Positions 11,417 through 25,043 of a stretch of 64,000 bases of DNA are shown here, piece by piece. The DNA is from Mobula hypostoma (taxonomy: Eukaryota): positions 118,360,001 through 118,424,000 of the forward strand of contig NC_086097.1 in assembly GCF_963921235.1 (NCBI RefSeq), written 5' to 3'. How positions within the stretch are numbered: the stretch's first letter is position 1; the number at the start of each line of letters is the position of its first letter. The notes below the pieces were generated by a model. That model had not been told where the DNA came from, made no database searches, and saw only the letters and a list, made by a program, of their open reading frames with translations. A program made the position numbers and the translations under genes.

Positions 11417-14164
11417 AAAAACAAAAAAAAGTATCCAGTGAGAGGCAGTTCTGTGGGCAAAAATGCCTTTTTAATGAGAGAGGTCAGAGGAGAATGGCCA
11501 GACAGGTTCAAGCTGACAGGAAGGTGACAGTAACTCAGATAAGCACACATTACAACGGTTGTGTGTGGAAGAGCATCTCTAAGTGCATAACACACTGAAC
11601 CTTGAAGTGGATGGGTTACAGCAGCAGAAGACCATGAACATACTCTCAGTTGGCACTTTATTAAGTAAAGGAGTTATCTAATGAAGTGGCCACTGAGTGT
11701 GTCAGGCGGTATACTTTGAATTCCTTAGAGCTTTATTTGAAGTTTGGAATACCTCACAGGAGATGTGGGACAGTGAATAATTGCAATATGTAGTGATTTC
11801 TTTGTATTCTGAACAGAAGAATTACCAGAAACAATTACCCTTTGATGAAGTTAACTGAGGCATGACTGCTTCTCCTGGGAAGAGGTTTTTGAAGTCGTAA
11901 TTTGTCCGAAGGAATGAGAGGTCTGGTATTGAATTTCCTGCATGGGTAAGTGGTTTTGGAGGCACTGGGAGATTGTCCATTTGACTCAAACCGAAAACTT
12001 CTCCTAAAGCCTTGAAAGAGAAAGTGTAATAACCTTTAGTTGTAGCATTGCACTGGATATTCTGGGTGATGTTCTATGTCGGGATTTTCTTTCTTTTTCA
12101 ATACATCTATACAACCTAAACTCAGGTATGAAGTGTAAAACATTATGAGCTTTGGAGATATTGGAATGATCGTAATGTAATATTGTCTCTTATATATGAT
12201 ATTATATATTACATATATAACAATATACTTTCTAAATGGAGTTTGAAATGGAATAGTATAGATTGAGTTATGAGATCATGGTACCTTTGAATCCCAAAGT
12301 GGTGCCTGGCAAGATGTAACTTAATGGCTGCTGATTGAAAGTAGATATCCTATCCACAGCATTCAAGATGATTGTGACAAATCCAGACTGGCAGGAACCC
12401 TAGATTCTCTTGATACCCTTGTGCTTTGTGACTCTCAGCTGAATTCATTATGATTCTTTGTTTTCCTGTTCACACCACCGGGTTATCTGTTTCTTCATTT
12501 TTACCTCTGAAACTCACCACCCCCAGCCCACTTTCTTTTTACACTCTAAGCCACATCCTAGGCAGAATCACGATTAGAATCAAGTTTATTATCACTTACA
12601 TATGTCATGAAATTTGATTCTTTTTTTCGGTAGCAGTACTGTGCAATACATAAAATTATAATAGTACTAATCAAATTTCTTAGGCATTCTAGGTATGTAT
12701 ATTTGCCCAAGAGTTTTGCACAGTACTGTGTGAGTGTGTGTGTGTATATATACATCATTAAATAGGCATAGCCTATTGAAGATGTCCTCGATGCTGGGGA
12801 GGCTCGTGCTCATGATGGAACTGGCTGATTTTACAACCTTCTGCAGCCATTTATAAGCCTTTTCAGTGGAACAAATAGTGTCATATTCAAAACACTTTCA
12901 CTGGTTGCATGGACTATGACTAATTGGCCTTCCATCAGTGTTGCTGCTTGCTCTTTTTCTCATTCCAAGAAGGAGACATGAAATCATATTGGACGGAGAT
13001 TAAGTGACTAAGTGTTTCAGCTTGACAGACTGTGCGTGGGCAAGTGGTGACTATTGGACAGAGCTTGCTTAATATGATTAATTATGCCATATATTTCACA
13101 TTAACTCTTCTCTGTACTCTAAATAAATGTAATTGTATAAGAGAAAGCTGTTGATTCCACGGGCACACATCGGATGGGCATGTGTAATCACTTTACCAAA
13201 TAATTGTAATACTTCCAGAGCAAACTTGATAAACTGGGCACTTACTTACGGTGAACAGCTCCCTGGTTCATTATGGGCTCCCAAGTTTTCTAATAGCTAT
13301 GAGTCTATTTCGTTGCTGGCATCATTATTTTATACAGTACGGTGAGTCTGAGTATCAGTAAAAGTATAATCAATGAATAATTCAGGAATCACAACTGATA
13401 TTTTATTAAGCTTAGTTCAGTGGAGCTCTAGATATGACTGGAAGAGCTCAAAACAAAGGCAGAAAATGTTTAAAAAAATATTATTATTTACCGAAACATA
13501 ATTTCAGCTACTAAAATGACAACAAGAAAATAAAGATCTGTCACTTGTTTTTTTTCTGCTCTGTCACAAATTTTATCATTGCTTTGATTCTTAACAGTAG
13601 CCTTTGATTTCAAGTATGGGAGGTGTCGTTTTTGTGGATAATGCTGTACGTTTAACACAAAATACTTTCAACAAACATTAAAAGTTATAATAAATATAAC
13701 ATAGATGTCTGAACTCTGTCATGGAATGTAAACACATGAGATTCTGCAGATTCTAGGAATCCTGAGCTGCACAAACAAAAGTTCCTACAGTTTTTTGTTG
13801 TCATGGAATATAGCTGGACCATCTGAAATATCTGAAATCGCGTTACAGTATTTGTAATCCAGAACCAATTAAGAAGAATAATAGGTGAATAAAACAAACT
13901 ATCTAGTGACAGAATACGTCTCTAGTTTCAGTGTTTGAGTATTTTACAGAATTATTAACTGTGTTATAATTTTGGCCTGTTGATAAGGAAACCATATTCA
14001 GTTTCAAGTTTCTGTGTGTCAAGATCTCTCAGGATCTAACCTGGTCCCAACATATCGATGTAGTTATAAAAAAAGCAAGACAGCGGCTATACTTCATTAA
14101 GAGTTTGAAGAGATTTGGCATGTCAACAAGTACACTCAAAAACTTCATGGAGAGTATTCTGCCA

Positions 14165-14925
14165 GGCCGCCTTTATATTTGCCTTCACCACTACACCTGG
14201 TAGCATATTCTAGGCACCTGTCACTCTCTATGTAAAAAAAGAATCCCCACTCATCTCCTCTGAACCTACCTCTCTCACTTTAAACACATGGCCTCAAGTA
14301 GTAAATATTTCAGACCTGAGAAAATAAACGCCAAATGTCCAGTCTAGCTACGCTGCTCATACTCCAATAAACTTCTTTCAGATTTCCGCACGGCACTGCT
14401 GTTCCAGAGAAAGCAATTTACGAGGTTGGCCTAACCTCTCCTTACAGCGCAGCCCTCTAACACAGGAGTCATCCTGAGAGACCTCTCTGCATCCTCTCCA
14501 GAAGCTCCATATAATTTCTGTAATGAGGCAATCATGTTTAATGGAGTTGCAATATGATTTCTCCCCTCTTGAACTCAATGTATCAACTGAAGGAAGGCAT
14601 ACCATGTACCTTCTTTACCCCCCTATCAACTTGTGCAGCTACTTTCAGGGAGCTCTAGACTTGACCCTCAAACTCCCTCTGTACACCAATGCTATTAATG
14701 GCATTCCCATTAACTGTGTACTTCCACTTTACATTTGTTCTATTAAAGTGTAACACATCACGCGTGACCAGATTAAACACCAACTGCCAATTCTCCAGCC
14801 ATACCTGAAACTGATCAATACCCAACGTAATCATTTGTCAACCTTCTACACTACCCACAATGCCATCAATCTTTGTACTGACTGCAAACTTACTAACCCG
14901 CCTATCCACATTTTCATCTAAGTTG
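14165..14925 (-). mobile_element. Old CR1 fragment
   Basis: Degenerate reverse complement of CR1 RT 3' half (e.g. gcaaacttactaaccc = WVSKFA). Confidence 0.55.
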
Positions 14926-15186
14926 TTACAATTGTATTTGGAACTTCAGTATTTGACAAATTTTCTCATCAGTGTTGATGTACAAGTCACGTGCAAAAAA
15001 TCCAATGATTTCCTGAGCTTTCTTCAAAAATGTGGTTCTTGCCACTGTGCTCATTCATCATATTAACTATTTTTTATAGCTAGCTCCTGATGTACAAACA
15101 ATTGCATTCTGTAATGTCAAGCATTATGAGCTTGCATGGTCTCGATCTGAAACAGCAGCTCTTTATTTGTCCCTATAGATGCTGCT

Positions 15187-15375
15187 TGCAGTCAGCCGAT
15201 TGTGTAGTGACATCTGCACCGGACTTCGAGGGGGGTGATCCTGGGGTTGAATCCTCCTTGCACGCTTTCCACCTGTGTCAAGCTGGCAACTCAGCTTCGT
15301 AAAAAACAGACAAATGCTAGTTGACAAAGTCGCCGCCCGATGCGCCAGTAGGCGCTGAGAGTAACCAAAAAAAAG
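15187..15375 (+). mobile_element. tRNA-derived SINE inserted in a Penelope-derived remnant (~15130-15425)
   Basis: tRNA-like head with a B-box-like ggttgaatcc and an A-rich end; flanks join to atagatgctgc...gctgagttcctccagc. Confidence 0.5.
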
Positions 15376-15469
15376 ACGCTGAGTTCCTCCAGCAATTTGT
15401 GTATGTTGCTTTGGATTTTCAACAACTGTGTTGAAGGTTATTAAAAAATTGCTGAGATAATAAATGTCA

Positions 15470-15727
15470 TAGAATTATAGAAATACAAAGCAAAGTAACA
15501 GGTCCTTCATTCCACTGAGAATGCACAACCCACTAAGTACTTATTAACACTCATGTCATTGGGGGAAATTTACAATGATCGATCATGTATCATTTGGCAT
15601 GTTTTTGAGGTATTGAAGGACACCAAAGCACGTAGAGAAATCAGCAAGAGCATGCAAACTCAACAGACGTAGCACCCAAGGTCAGAAGTAAATCTGGATC
15701 ATTACAGCTGTGCCACTGTGTTGCACT
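15470..15727 (-). mobile_element. Degenerate HE1/V-SINE-like SINE
   Basis: Degenerate reverse complement of the SINE at 57082. Confidence 0.45.
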
Positions 15728-17185
15728 AAATGTAGGATCCTGTAGATTAACCAAAGACAGCTTACCCTGACGCCTTTCACATCCTCACTGAGGACTTCAG
15801 GCAGCTATGTTGAAGAAATCTCTACCCAACTACTGTCAGCACGTCACCTGCAGCACCAGAGGACACAACATACTTGACCACTGCTGCACTACTATCAATA
15901 ATGTCTACCATCAGGCTCCTGAACCAACATGGATAGCTTCACTCACCTCAATTCTGAACTGATTCGACAACCTAAGGACTTACTTTGAAGGTCTGCGCAC
16001 CTCATGTATCCAGTATTATTTATTTATCAATTTCCTGTGACTGCCTGCAAGAAAATAAATCTCAAGGTAGTATATGGTGACCTATTGTATACATACTTGG
16101 GTAATAAATTTACTTTGAACTTTTAAAATAATTGTCAGATCCTAAATAGAAGGTAAACCATTAAGTAGGAATATAATAATAGGATTACATTTTAAGATAA
16201 GATAAAGTGGTTCCACCGGACTAATAACCTGCAGCTATGAGGCAGATTTTCTTATATATGGCACTGTTCAATAGTTTTAGATGCATACATATATATAGCT
16301 GGGATACCTAAGACTTTTACACAGTGCTGTAGTAATTTTAGCATTGCACTGTACTACTGCCACACAAAAAAACAAATGTCATGACATAACTGAGTGATGA
16401 TAAACCTGATTCTGATGTGTGGACTGAGAGTGGGAAGGGGGCAGGGAAAGGGGAATCATGGTTGGGAAAAGGGGAGGGGAGAAGGGAGGAAGCACCATCA
16501 AGACGTTCTTCAATGATCAATAAACCAATTGTTTGGAATCAAATGACCTTGCCTACTGTCTCAGGGCTGGGTGTGATTGCAACCACACCACACCCACCCC
16601 GACACTCTTACTCAACCACTTGTCCCACACCACTCGTGCAGCACTCCACACTCACCATTCACAACATCCTTTACTCCCACCAGATTTACAAACTTGCTCT
16701 CTTCTCAACACTAATAAAGTGCTGTGCACTTGACAAGCAAGATCAGTCCTTCAGCAAGGGATAATTGAGAAGTTTGTTGCCTGGCCCCACTCTAGATGTT
16801 CATGTTTGCCTTCTGTATTACGTATGATTTGATAGGTGTGCCTATTTTCTGTGAGGTTTTCAGGATATCTTAAGGAAAGCAGTTTTAGGCTACTTGTGTT
16901 ATTCCATTGTCAAAGGCCTCGATGAACAAGTCAGAATTTAGTTTTTGATCAGTATTAGATTGAAAATGCTTTTAATTTTTTTAAGTAATTAAAATTAAGT
17001 ATGAACATTTAATATGTTGACCTTTGACATCAATCAAGACAGAGAATTTTTAATTGAGCTACAACATTAAATCTCTTCCAAGAATCATTGTTGAGCAAAA
17101 TCTGGGGCATAACAGGTTGATCTCAAAGCTCATCATATTGCTTCCAGATCTATTGTTCAGCACCACACAGCACACAAACAGACAT

Positions 17186-17486
17186 TAGATTATATCAATT
17201 TTATTTGTCACATTTACATCAAAACCTACTTCTGTGTGTCAAATCAAATCAGTGAGGATTGTGCTGGGCAGCCTGCAAGTGTTGTCACGCTTCTGTCACC
17301 AGCATAGCACACTTACACCTCACTAACCCTAACCGTACGTCTTTGTGGGAATGTGGGAGGAAACAGAGCATCTGAATAAAAACCTGCACGGTCATAGGGA
17401 GATGTAGACAATGCTGGGAGATCGAACCCTGATCTTACAGCTGGCACTGTAAAGCCATGCGCTAATTGCTATGTCACTGTGCTGCT
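17186..17486 (-). mobile_element. HE1/V-SINE-like tRNA SINE
   Basis: tgtgggaggaaacagagca (V-domain reverse complement) followed by a tRNA-like head. Confidence 0.65.
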
Positions 17487-18482
17487 CTGTGTCTCTCCCA
17501 CACTGCGCCCTAGAATCAATTCTATCAATACTGATTGGGAGACCTACATCAATGAAACTTAAGTAGGTCACAGTTTAAGTGAAGAGTTTACCCTTCTCTG
17601 CAGCTCTTGTCCAACACCTATCAAAAAAACAGCTTTTTGAACATTGCATGAGTTTCCAGATACTTCGGACACAGCTGAAAAGAGGGATCTTGATGAGAAT
17701 CTGAATCAATTCTACCAAGAAATGAAACCTGTCATTTTTGACACATGGCAACAGAATACTCAGATCTCAGAATAGACAGCACAGAGTAGTCACTTAGCCT
17801 AGCCAGACCAGTACTTCATCTGAGATTCTTTCCAGGCTTATTCTTTCAAATCCATCAGTTTCCTTTGCTATTCCCTTCCAAATTAAAACACCAAGAATTT
17901 TCCCTTAAATTAATATCCTTCATTACTCTCTGTGAAATACATACACCGAGGATGACCAGAGACTTCACCTTTATACCATGGCCTTATGAAAAACCAGACA
18001 AAATTCTTTGGAATTTGATTTTCAGCTTCATGGCTGTTGGATTTCAGCTTCCATATTTATAAGCATTGGCTCAGGTAGAAAGACAGGCCATCAGCCAACA
18101 TCAGTGCTGAGTGTACAATGACTTTGCATTGTTCTAGAGGAGCTACCTGGCTATATTTATGAATGAGATGAGCCTGAGAATATCCTACCTCTTCAAATGC
18201 TTAATTATTGCTCCCAGCAGTTACTCAAAGACTGCTGGAATACGGGGAGAAATGAGTGTTTGATTGTTAACCTAGATTCAAAGCTCTGAGGACCTGTTTC
18301 CATGTTGTGAGACACAGAGACTTCATTATTATGGAATTTTTGGTGTGCATTTTGTGTGGATTTAAAGGGGAAGGTTAAAAAAACTAAGACATTTTTAAAA
18401 GTGTGCAATTTTACAAATGATCTGTGTGCAAATTGCTGCTTTGCACATTCTAATCGGGTGGCAAAAGTGAAGTTCTATTCTA

Positions 18483-18965
18483 GACACATATACAAAATGC
18501 TGGATGAGCTCAGTTGGTCAGGCAGCGTCTATGGAGGGAAATAAAAGGTTGACGTAGGACCGTCCTGATGAAGAGCCTCAACCCTACATGTCACCTGTTC
18601 ATTTCCTTGCGTAGATTTGTATTTTTTTTATTATTGAGAGTCACAGTGTGGAACAGACCTTTCCAGACCAACAAGCCACCCAGCAGCGTACTTAGTCTAA
18701 TCACAGGATGATTTACAATGACCAAATAACCTCCTAACCGGAACACCATTAGAATGTGGGAGGAAATCTGAACATCCAGAGGAAACCCAACTGCTCATGG
18801 GATGGACGTACAAACTTCATACAGCTGGCTTTGGAATTGAACTCTGAACTCCAACACCCTGAGCTTGAATAGCGTTGTGCTAAGATATTGCCTGACTTAC
18901 TGAGGTTCCTCTAGAATTTTGTGCACGTTGCTCAAGTTTTCCAGCATCTGCAGTCTTTCTTGTGC
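18483..18965. mobile_element. Old Penelope-derived fold-back element interrupted by a V-SINE (18616-18882, minus)
   Basis: Left arm aaatgctggatgagctcag..gcagcgtctatgg; centre gttgacgtaggaccgtcCTGATGAag; right arm ends ttccagcatctgcagtct. Confidence 0.6.
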
Positions 18966-19494
18966 TGTTTTGTAGTCATTGTAGCCAGTGTTGACTCTGA
19001 AAGAGCCCTAGCTGATCTTAACAAGTTGTTTTTGCAAAGAACTGATTATAATACAACAAATTTAGTCTGCAGATATCTCTTAGAAAATTACACAATCGAG
19101 TCTCTCAGATAATCTGACACTTAATCCATGTGCTGCTCTTACGTGAAGTAGGAATTTAGTATATAAGGCTCTGTAACAGGTTGCAATGTGAATTTTCACC
19201 TCTTTACATTGCGTTTGTTCTTTTCCACAATATCTAGTCACCATAAATCATCAGCAAGAAAGTGGTATACACTGGGGCAAATGACATCCCATTAGCATCA
19301 CAATTAGGTGCTGGGACAAAAGAATTCAAATTTATAAATACTGAAACTAATAAGGTGTCAATTATCTGTACACATTCTCCCTGTTCTCTGAGTAATGAAG
19401 TTTCTTCTCAGTTTCCAGTATGATTTTATAGTGGTTATGTTAGTTGAAGCCCTCTTGTTTTACATTCAATCTGGTGCTGGTATAATTTTTGAAA

Positions 19495-19726
19495 TATACT
19501 TTGTTAATTGAGAGATGCAGCACGTGGGCCTATGCCATCCAATTATACCTATGTAACAAATGAACTTACTAATCCGACCCTCTTTGCAACATGGGAGGAA
19601 ATTGGAGCACCCTGAGGAAATGCACACAGTCATGGAGAGGACATTCAAACATTCAGTGGCAGCAACTAAACTCAGGTTCTGGTGCTGTAATAGAATTACG
19701 CTAACTACTGTGCTACTGTGCTGCCC
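19495..19726 (-). mobile_element. HE1/V-SINE-like tRNA SINE
   Basis: gggaggaaattggagcaccctgaggaaa V-domain motif (reverse complement). Confidence 0.65.
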
Positions 19727-20380
19727 TTAAGTTAAATTACCCTTGTATCTTATTTTTCAAAAAAAAAGAGAAACAGTCAATTAATCTTTATGATCCTCAC
19801 AGTTTGGATAACATTGTCATGAATCCATCAATTGCAGTCTCTCTTAGTTCCTTCCATGGCACTCAAAACAATCTACCAAATTCTTGTTCAATTGTATCAA
19901 GATCTAATTGTCATGGTCTGGTCCGTGAAGTCCGCATTCCAGTTCACGGTCCAGTCTGTGGACTCAGGACTCCGGGTCATCCAGCTGTCCCTTGTTTTGG
20001 TTGAGATAATCATAGGCACCTGATTCCCATCTTGGGGCTTGGAATATAAGTAGCCTTGGGGTTGAGTGTGAGCGGATGGTTTGTCTTGTCAATATCCCCT
20101 GGGAGCAACCTGCTGGTGGAAGGCTAGAGCAGCCACTTGTCATCTTTAGGCCACGTTGGGAAGCCATCCCCTCATGGAGCCTTGCTGTCAGTAGTCGGAG
20201 CTGTCTTTGCGGTATGGATTCGGCTGTTTCCTTGGCTAACTGAGCGGCTGTCAACCACTACGAGCTAGGTAGGGATCTGGCTGTTTCCATAGCCAATTGA
20301 GGTTGTTGGCAGTAACTGCTACTCAGAGCAACCCCCGATGCAGAGATGGAATTGTTTGTCATTCTTTGGTGTTTGCCTCT

Positions 20381-20559
20381 TCTTGTCCTCCCCTCCATGG
20401 GGTAAGTTAGGCTGTTCTGCTGTTGCTCTGCGGGGGAATCTGTCTTGTCTTGTCCTCCCCTCCATGGGGTAAGTTAGGCTGTTCTGCTGTTGCTCTGCGG
20501 GGGAATCTGTCTTGTCTTGTCCTCGCCTCCGTGGGGTAAGTCCGGCTGTTCTGCCGTTA
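20381..20559. repeat. 67-bp tandem repeat, about 2.7 copies
   Basis: Unit starts tcttgtcctc at 20381, 20448 and 20515. Confidence 0.9.
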
Positions 20560-20749
20560 CCCGACAGATGGCCCTGTCCCACCTTGGTGTGGAGAAGAAG
20601 TTGAGTCCCGGCTTGTCTAAGTATAACTCCCGGCTTTATCTCTATGTACTGTCCTGTCTCATGTTGGTGTCATGTTAAAGATGAGTCCCGGCTTTTCGAA
20701 GGATAAGTCCCGGCTCTATGTTGATGTACAGTTCCCAGTCTGTCACCGA

Positions 20750-21035
20750 GCTCCAGCCTCCAAGTTATCAGCATCCGCATTTCAAGACTCAAGACCCCAG
20801 CCTGCAGCCTCCAGCCTCAAGACCCCAGTCTGTCTTGAAGCTCAAGCCTCAAGACTCCCCCCCCAGCCTGTCTCCAAGCGCAAGCCTCAAGACCCCACCC
20901 TGTCTCCAAGCTCAAGCCTCAAGACCCCCAGCCTGTCTCCAAGCTCAAGCCTCAAGACCAAGACACCAGCCTCAAGCCTCAAGCTTCAAGACCCAAGACC
21001 CCAGCCTGCAGCCCCAAGCCTGTAGACCCCAGCCA
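20750..21035. repeat. Degenerate (CAAGCCTCAAGAC)-like minisatellite
   Basis: Repeated caagcctcaagacccc / gcctgtctccaag units. Confidence 0.8.
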
Positions 21036-21536
21036 TGTCCTGACCTGGTGTCATGTCATGTCCTTGCCTGGTTCTGGGGCCCGAGTCCAAGGTAAGAACC
21101 AGGTTCTGGGTCCTTGTCCAGCTTCTGGCTCGGAGCCCAAGCCCAGGCTCCTAGTGCATAGTTCCTTGTCCGGGTTCCCTGTCTTGTCCATGTCCTAGCT
21201 CAAGTCTGTGTTCTTGTCCCTGCTCCTTTTCTGTATCCTGTCATGACCCTACTCTAGTCAAGTCCTGTTCCTTGTACTTCAGCATCTGTGTCTTGCATTT
21301 GGGTACATTCCCAACGCCCCCATTGTGACACTGATACAAGTTTAGTATTACTTGATACTAATAATTGATCTGCCTTTGTCATATGATATAAAATATAACA
21401 ATTAAGATAGAAAAATAAATGAAAATTCACGGTAAAAACATCTACACATATTAACAAGAAGAGAATAAAAGGAAGTATGGATATGCCACAGACATTGAAC
21501 AAATATTTTAGATCTAATTACTGTATATAACAAAAT

Positions 21537-24501
21537 CATAGGCGGCCTTAGCTATGTTTCACCCGTTTCAACTGAAACAGGCCCTGCCCTCCCAGGGGCC
21601 CCTGACTGACATGCAAAAATTTAATGCACAGCTCCCAGACGCCACATTATTCTCCTACTATTGCCAGCCGAACCACCAGTGGGCGCTTGCTGACTGACAT
21701 CTGAGAAAATACATTAAAATATTTACTTCACTTGTAAACATTGCTCCTAGCAAAGAAGGCTACTTTTCAATGAGAGGAAAATGAAACCCTCCTATCCTAG
21801 GGGTGCTGAGAAATGGAAAATATTAGACAACAAAACTTTTAAATAGTCTCCCAAAAGTTACATCATTCTTTGGTCCAGCATCTGTAAAAGGGCCGCCGAC
21901 TGCAGTTGCTGCTGCACCATCGTCACAGCATGGGGCTGCAGTGCCAAGTGACAGTGTAACCGGTACAGGAGATGTTGATAATCAGAGCAATGAAAATAAG
22001 AACAATTCTACTCAAACAGATGGTGATAGCGATGACCAAACTTTGTTTGATGAACAAGCACCACAGCATGATGACAGTCCTACAACTGAGACAGGTGAGG
22101 GAGATGCTGCCACCAGCACACCAGACAGAGAGAAAGCCCCACTGACATTCACAGAGACCGATCCGGCACGTTGGCCAATGCATATTAACAGTGACCAATG
22201 GATCAACATTGTTAGAAGAGGTCCTGTTCAGTTAGAGGACATTAACTTTCCACAGAGCCAGTCACGCCATCGTTTTACCAAGGACAGATATCTTATGAAG
22301 ATGAAAAATGGAGAAACCATTCGTAGGTCATGGTTAGTATACTCAGAATCATCTGATTCAATCTTCTGTTTCTGCTATACCATATTTGGCAAGCGAAATC
22401 ACAGTCCCACTTGCGGAGGTTTCAGAGTGTGGGAGCAACTCACTCTCACACTCCAGGATCATGAGAAGTCAAATGCTCACCGTGCCAACATAGATAGCTG
22501 GCGCGAGCTGGAAACACACTTAAGAACGCAGAGTGCCATTGACAGCATGTACCAAGAAATGCAAATGCTGGAAAAAAACACTGGAATGATGTCATGAACA
22601 GGTTCATTGTCATAGTCTGTCACCTTGCAGAATGAAGCCTTGCTTTCCATGGCCACAATTCCACCCTACATGAACCAAATAATGGGAAATTTCTAGGTCT
22701 GGTGGAGCTGCTTGCTGAGTTCGACACAGTGATGAGCGAACCTGTCAGATGAGCAGAGAAAAAAGAGATTGCTGACCACTACATGGGGAAAACCATACAA
22801 AATGAGTTAATTACACTTGTTGGAGACAAGACACTGGAAGCAATAACAGAGAGAGTAAAACAATTGCGTTACTACTCAGTGATAATGGACTGCACCACTG
22901 ACACTGAACACATAGAGCAGCTCTCTGTGACACTGCGCATTGTCACATGCCAAGTAGATGTCGGAGCTACTGTTAGTGAGCACTTTGTCGGTTTCCTACC
23001 AGTGCTTGACACAACAGGTGCAGGCCTAACTGACGTTTTCTTAACGCATATGGAGAAGTTAGGATTAGATATCTCAAAATGCAGGGAGCAGGCATATGGT
23101 AATGGGAGCAATATGAAAGGGAAAAATAGTGGGGTGCAGAAGAGGGTGCTAGATATTAACAAAAAAACACTGATCATGCCATGTGTCAGCCACAGCCTCA
23201 ACCTAGTCATTGTCGATGCTGGAAAATCAACAGTGCAGTCTGTGAGCTTCTTTGGGGTGCTGCAATGTCTATACACACTATTCAGCTCATCGACACAGAG
23301 ATGGGAGCTTTTCAAGGAGAACATGTCATGGATGACCCTCAAGGCCATATCCAACACGCAATGGGAGTGCCGCGTGGAAAGTGTGAAAGTCCCGCACTAC
23401 CAGCTTCCCGATGTTGGCAATGCGCTCCTGTCACTGATTGAACAGGCCACACAGAAACATGCCAGACAGTGAAACCTCATCTGCAGCCAGAGGCTTAGAA
23501 CAGGAGATCATGTCATGGAAATTCCTGCTGACTGTTATCATCTGGTACAACATTTTACATGAGGTGATTCATGTCAGCAAGCTGCTTCAGAGCCCACAAG
23601 TAGGAATCGATGTGCTACAGTGCGAGGTGGAATATGTTCTGAAATTTCTCAAGGAATACAGAGAGAACGGCCTTTCATCCACCCAAACAGATGCCAGAGA
23701 CGTAGCTGAAGAGATAGGGATGCCAATGGTCTTTCCTACTGCACGAATCAGAAAACCAAAGCGCCAGTTCCAGTACGAGTCCCAAAGTGCAGATCCTTCC
23801 CTGAAAGTGGCACCCGAGGAATGGTACAAGAGAGAAGTTTTCCTTCCACCAGTGGACTCTCCCATCACAGGCATTAGTGAGCGCTTCAAGCTGATGGAGT
23901 CATTTTACAGTCTGTTTGGCTTCATTTATGGAAGAGAAGAAATGAAAAAAGCCACCCAAAGTTGCACACTGAAAGACAGCTGCGTAAACATGGAGAGGAG
24001 ACTTGGTGATGTGGATGCTGGGGACCTTTTGCATGAGGTGTCGGCTGCTGTCAGTGCCGTGCCTGCAAAAGAAACCACTGGCCTGCAGATTCTGAGCTAC
24101 AGCAACAATCTGGTTAAACTGTATCCTAACCTCACCATTGCTCTAAGACTCATGCTGACATTGCCTGTGACTGTAGCGAGTGGAGAGAGAAGTTTTTTGA
24201 GCCTAAAGCTCATCAAAACACATCTGAGGACAACCATGCTCCAGGAGCGTCTGTCAGCTCTTGTTCAAGTATCAATTGAGCATGAAGTAACAAGATTTCT
24301 GGACAAAGATTAGCTCATTAAAGCATTCTCAGCACTCAAGCACAGGAGGGTGGTGAAGTTCTAGTGGTAAGTCTTTTAACACATTTTTAGCAGAGATAAA
24401 GTTCATAATTAAAATAATAAAATAAACCATGTATTTCATTCAAAATATGTATAGGCCATTAGGCGGCGTTTCCACAAATTGTAATTTCTCTCTCCCGCTT
24501 G

Positions 24502-24543
<42 letters not shown>

Positions 24544-25043
24544 TCCTGTTTGCTCTCCTGGCCTTACGTGAGCTGTCCATGGTGCTGAAAGAGCAGTGTG
24601 TTGTAAACTTCCAGTAGTTAACTTTCAGACACTGTTCATTGAATAAATAAAGTGTGAATTTTCATTAAATATGACATTGCTTTTTTTATTAATTTAATTA
24701 GAGGGAAATTGTTTAAGCTGTTCTTATGTCAGCTGATACCTAACACATAGTGCCATTCAGTACAGACTAGTTGCTGAAAAGGGTGAGACTTCTCACTCCA
24801 AAGCAAAAAATGTCATTGTTTCAGTTTTTAATTAAGAGAATTGTTTGGATAATGTTGAGCTGTCTGTCCATTATGCTGAAAGTGCGTATAATGCATCGAT
24901 GCTTAACTCCGAAATTATACCATTATTGATTCAAACCAACTTGAATATTTGCTTTTTTTCTTTCTTTTTTTTTGGGAAGCGGAGGTAGAGCCCCACATTA
25001 ACTCTTGAAACGGGCTTGAAACAGATGCTTAAGGCCGCCTATG
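21537..25043 (+). mobile_element. Full-length hAT DNA transposon (3507 bp)
   Basis: 14-bp TIRs CATAGGCGGCCTTA / TAAGGCCGCCTATG; perfect 8-bp TSD AACAAAAT (21529-21536 / 25044-25051). Confidence 0.95.
21781..24364 (+). pseudogene. Disrupted hAT transposase (TTF zinc finger, ZMYM1-like/DUF4371 core, hAT dimerisation domain)
   Basis: RSWLVYS..IFCFCY, HEKSNAH, YYSVIMDCTTD, CREQAYGNGSNMKG, PCVSHSLNL, TLPVTVASGERSFLSLKLIK across ORFs 21941, 22783 and 23438; frameshifts and stops. Confidence 0.9.

Larger units (their letters stand above)
7917..11699 (+). mobile_element. Non-autonomous Tc1/mariner-derived element split by CR1 and Rex1 insertions
   Basis: TIR-like ends cactcaacagccactttactaggta / ctaatgaagtggccactgagtg; Tc1 N-terminal peptides MRKKCDLSYFDCGMI (from 8065) and SSERQFCGQKCLFNERGQRRMAR (11407 ORF); host pieces at 7917-8141, 9568-9600 and 11417-11699. 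Confidence 0.8.
19909..21330 (+). mobile_element. Probable Gypsy solo LTR expanded by internal tandem repeats
   Basis: Begins TGTCA, ends TGACA; flanks ctaat / ctgat (5-bp TSD, one mismatch); 3' end gcatttgggt...gtgaca typical of fish Gypsy LTRs. Confidence 0.65.

Noticed and set aside
11816..11950. Candidate exon (pyrimidine tract plus AG, then GGTAAG)
   Set aside because: Stops in all three frames; could only be non-coding and there is no support
17641..17775. Short protein-like frame HEFPDTSDTAEKRDLDENLNQFYQEMK
   Set aside because: About 45 codons bounded by stops, no matching splice sites and no recognisable homologue
20381..21035. CRISPR-like array or Pro/Gln/Ser-rich protein ORFs
   Set aside because: Tandem repeats without unique spacers inside an LTR-like element; the ORFs are repeat artefacts
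21941..24313. ZMYM1-like host zinc-finger gene
   Set aside because: Lies within TIRs and an 8-bp TSD and is disrupted; it is a hAT transposase
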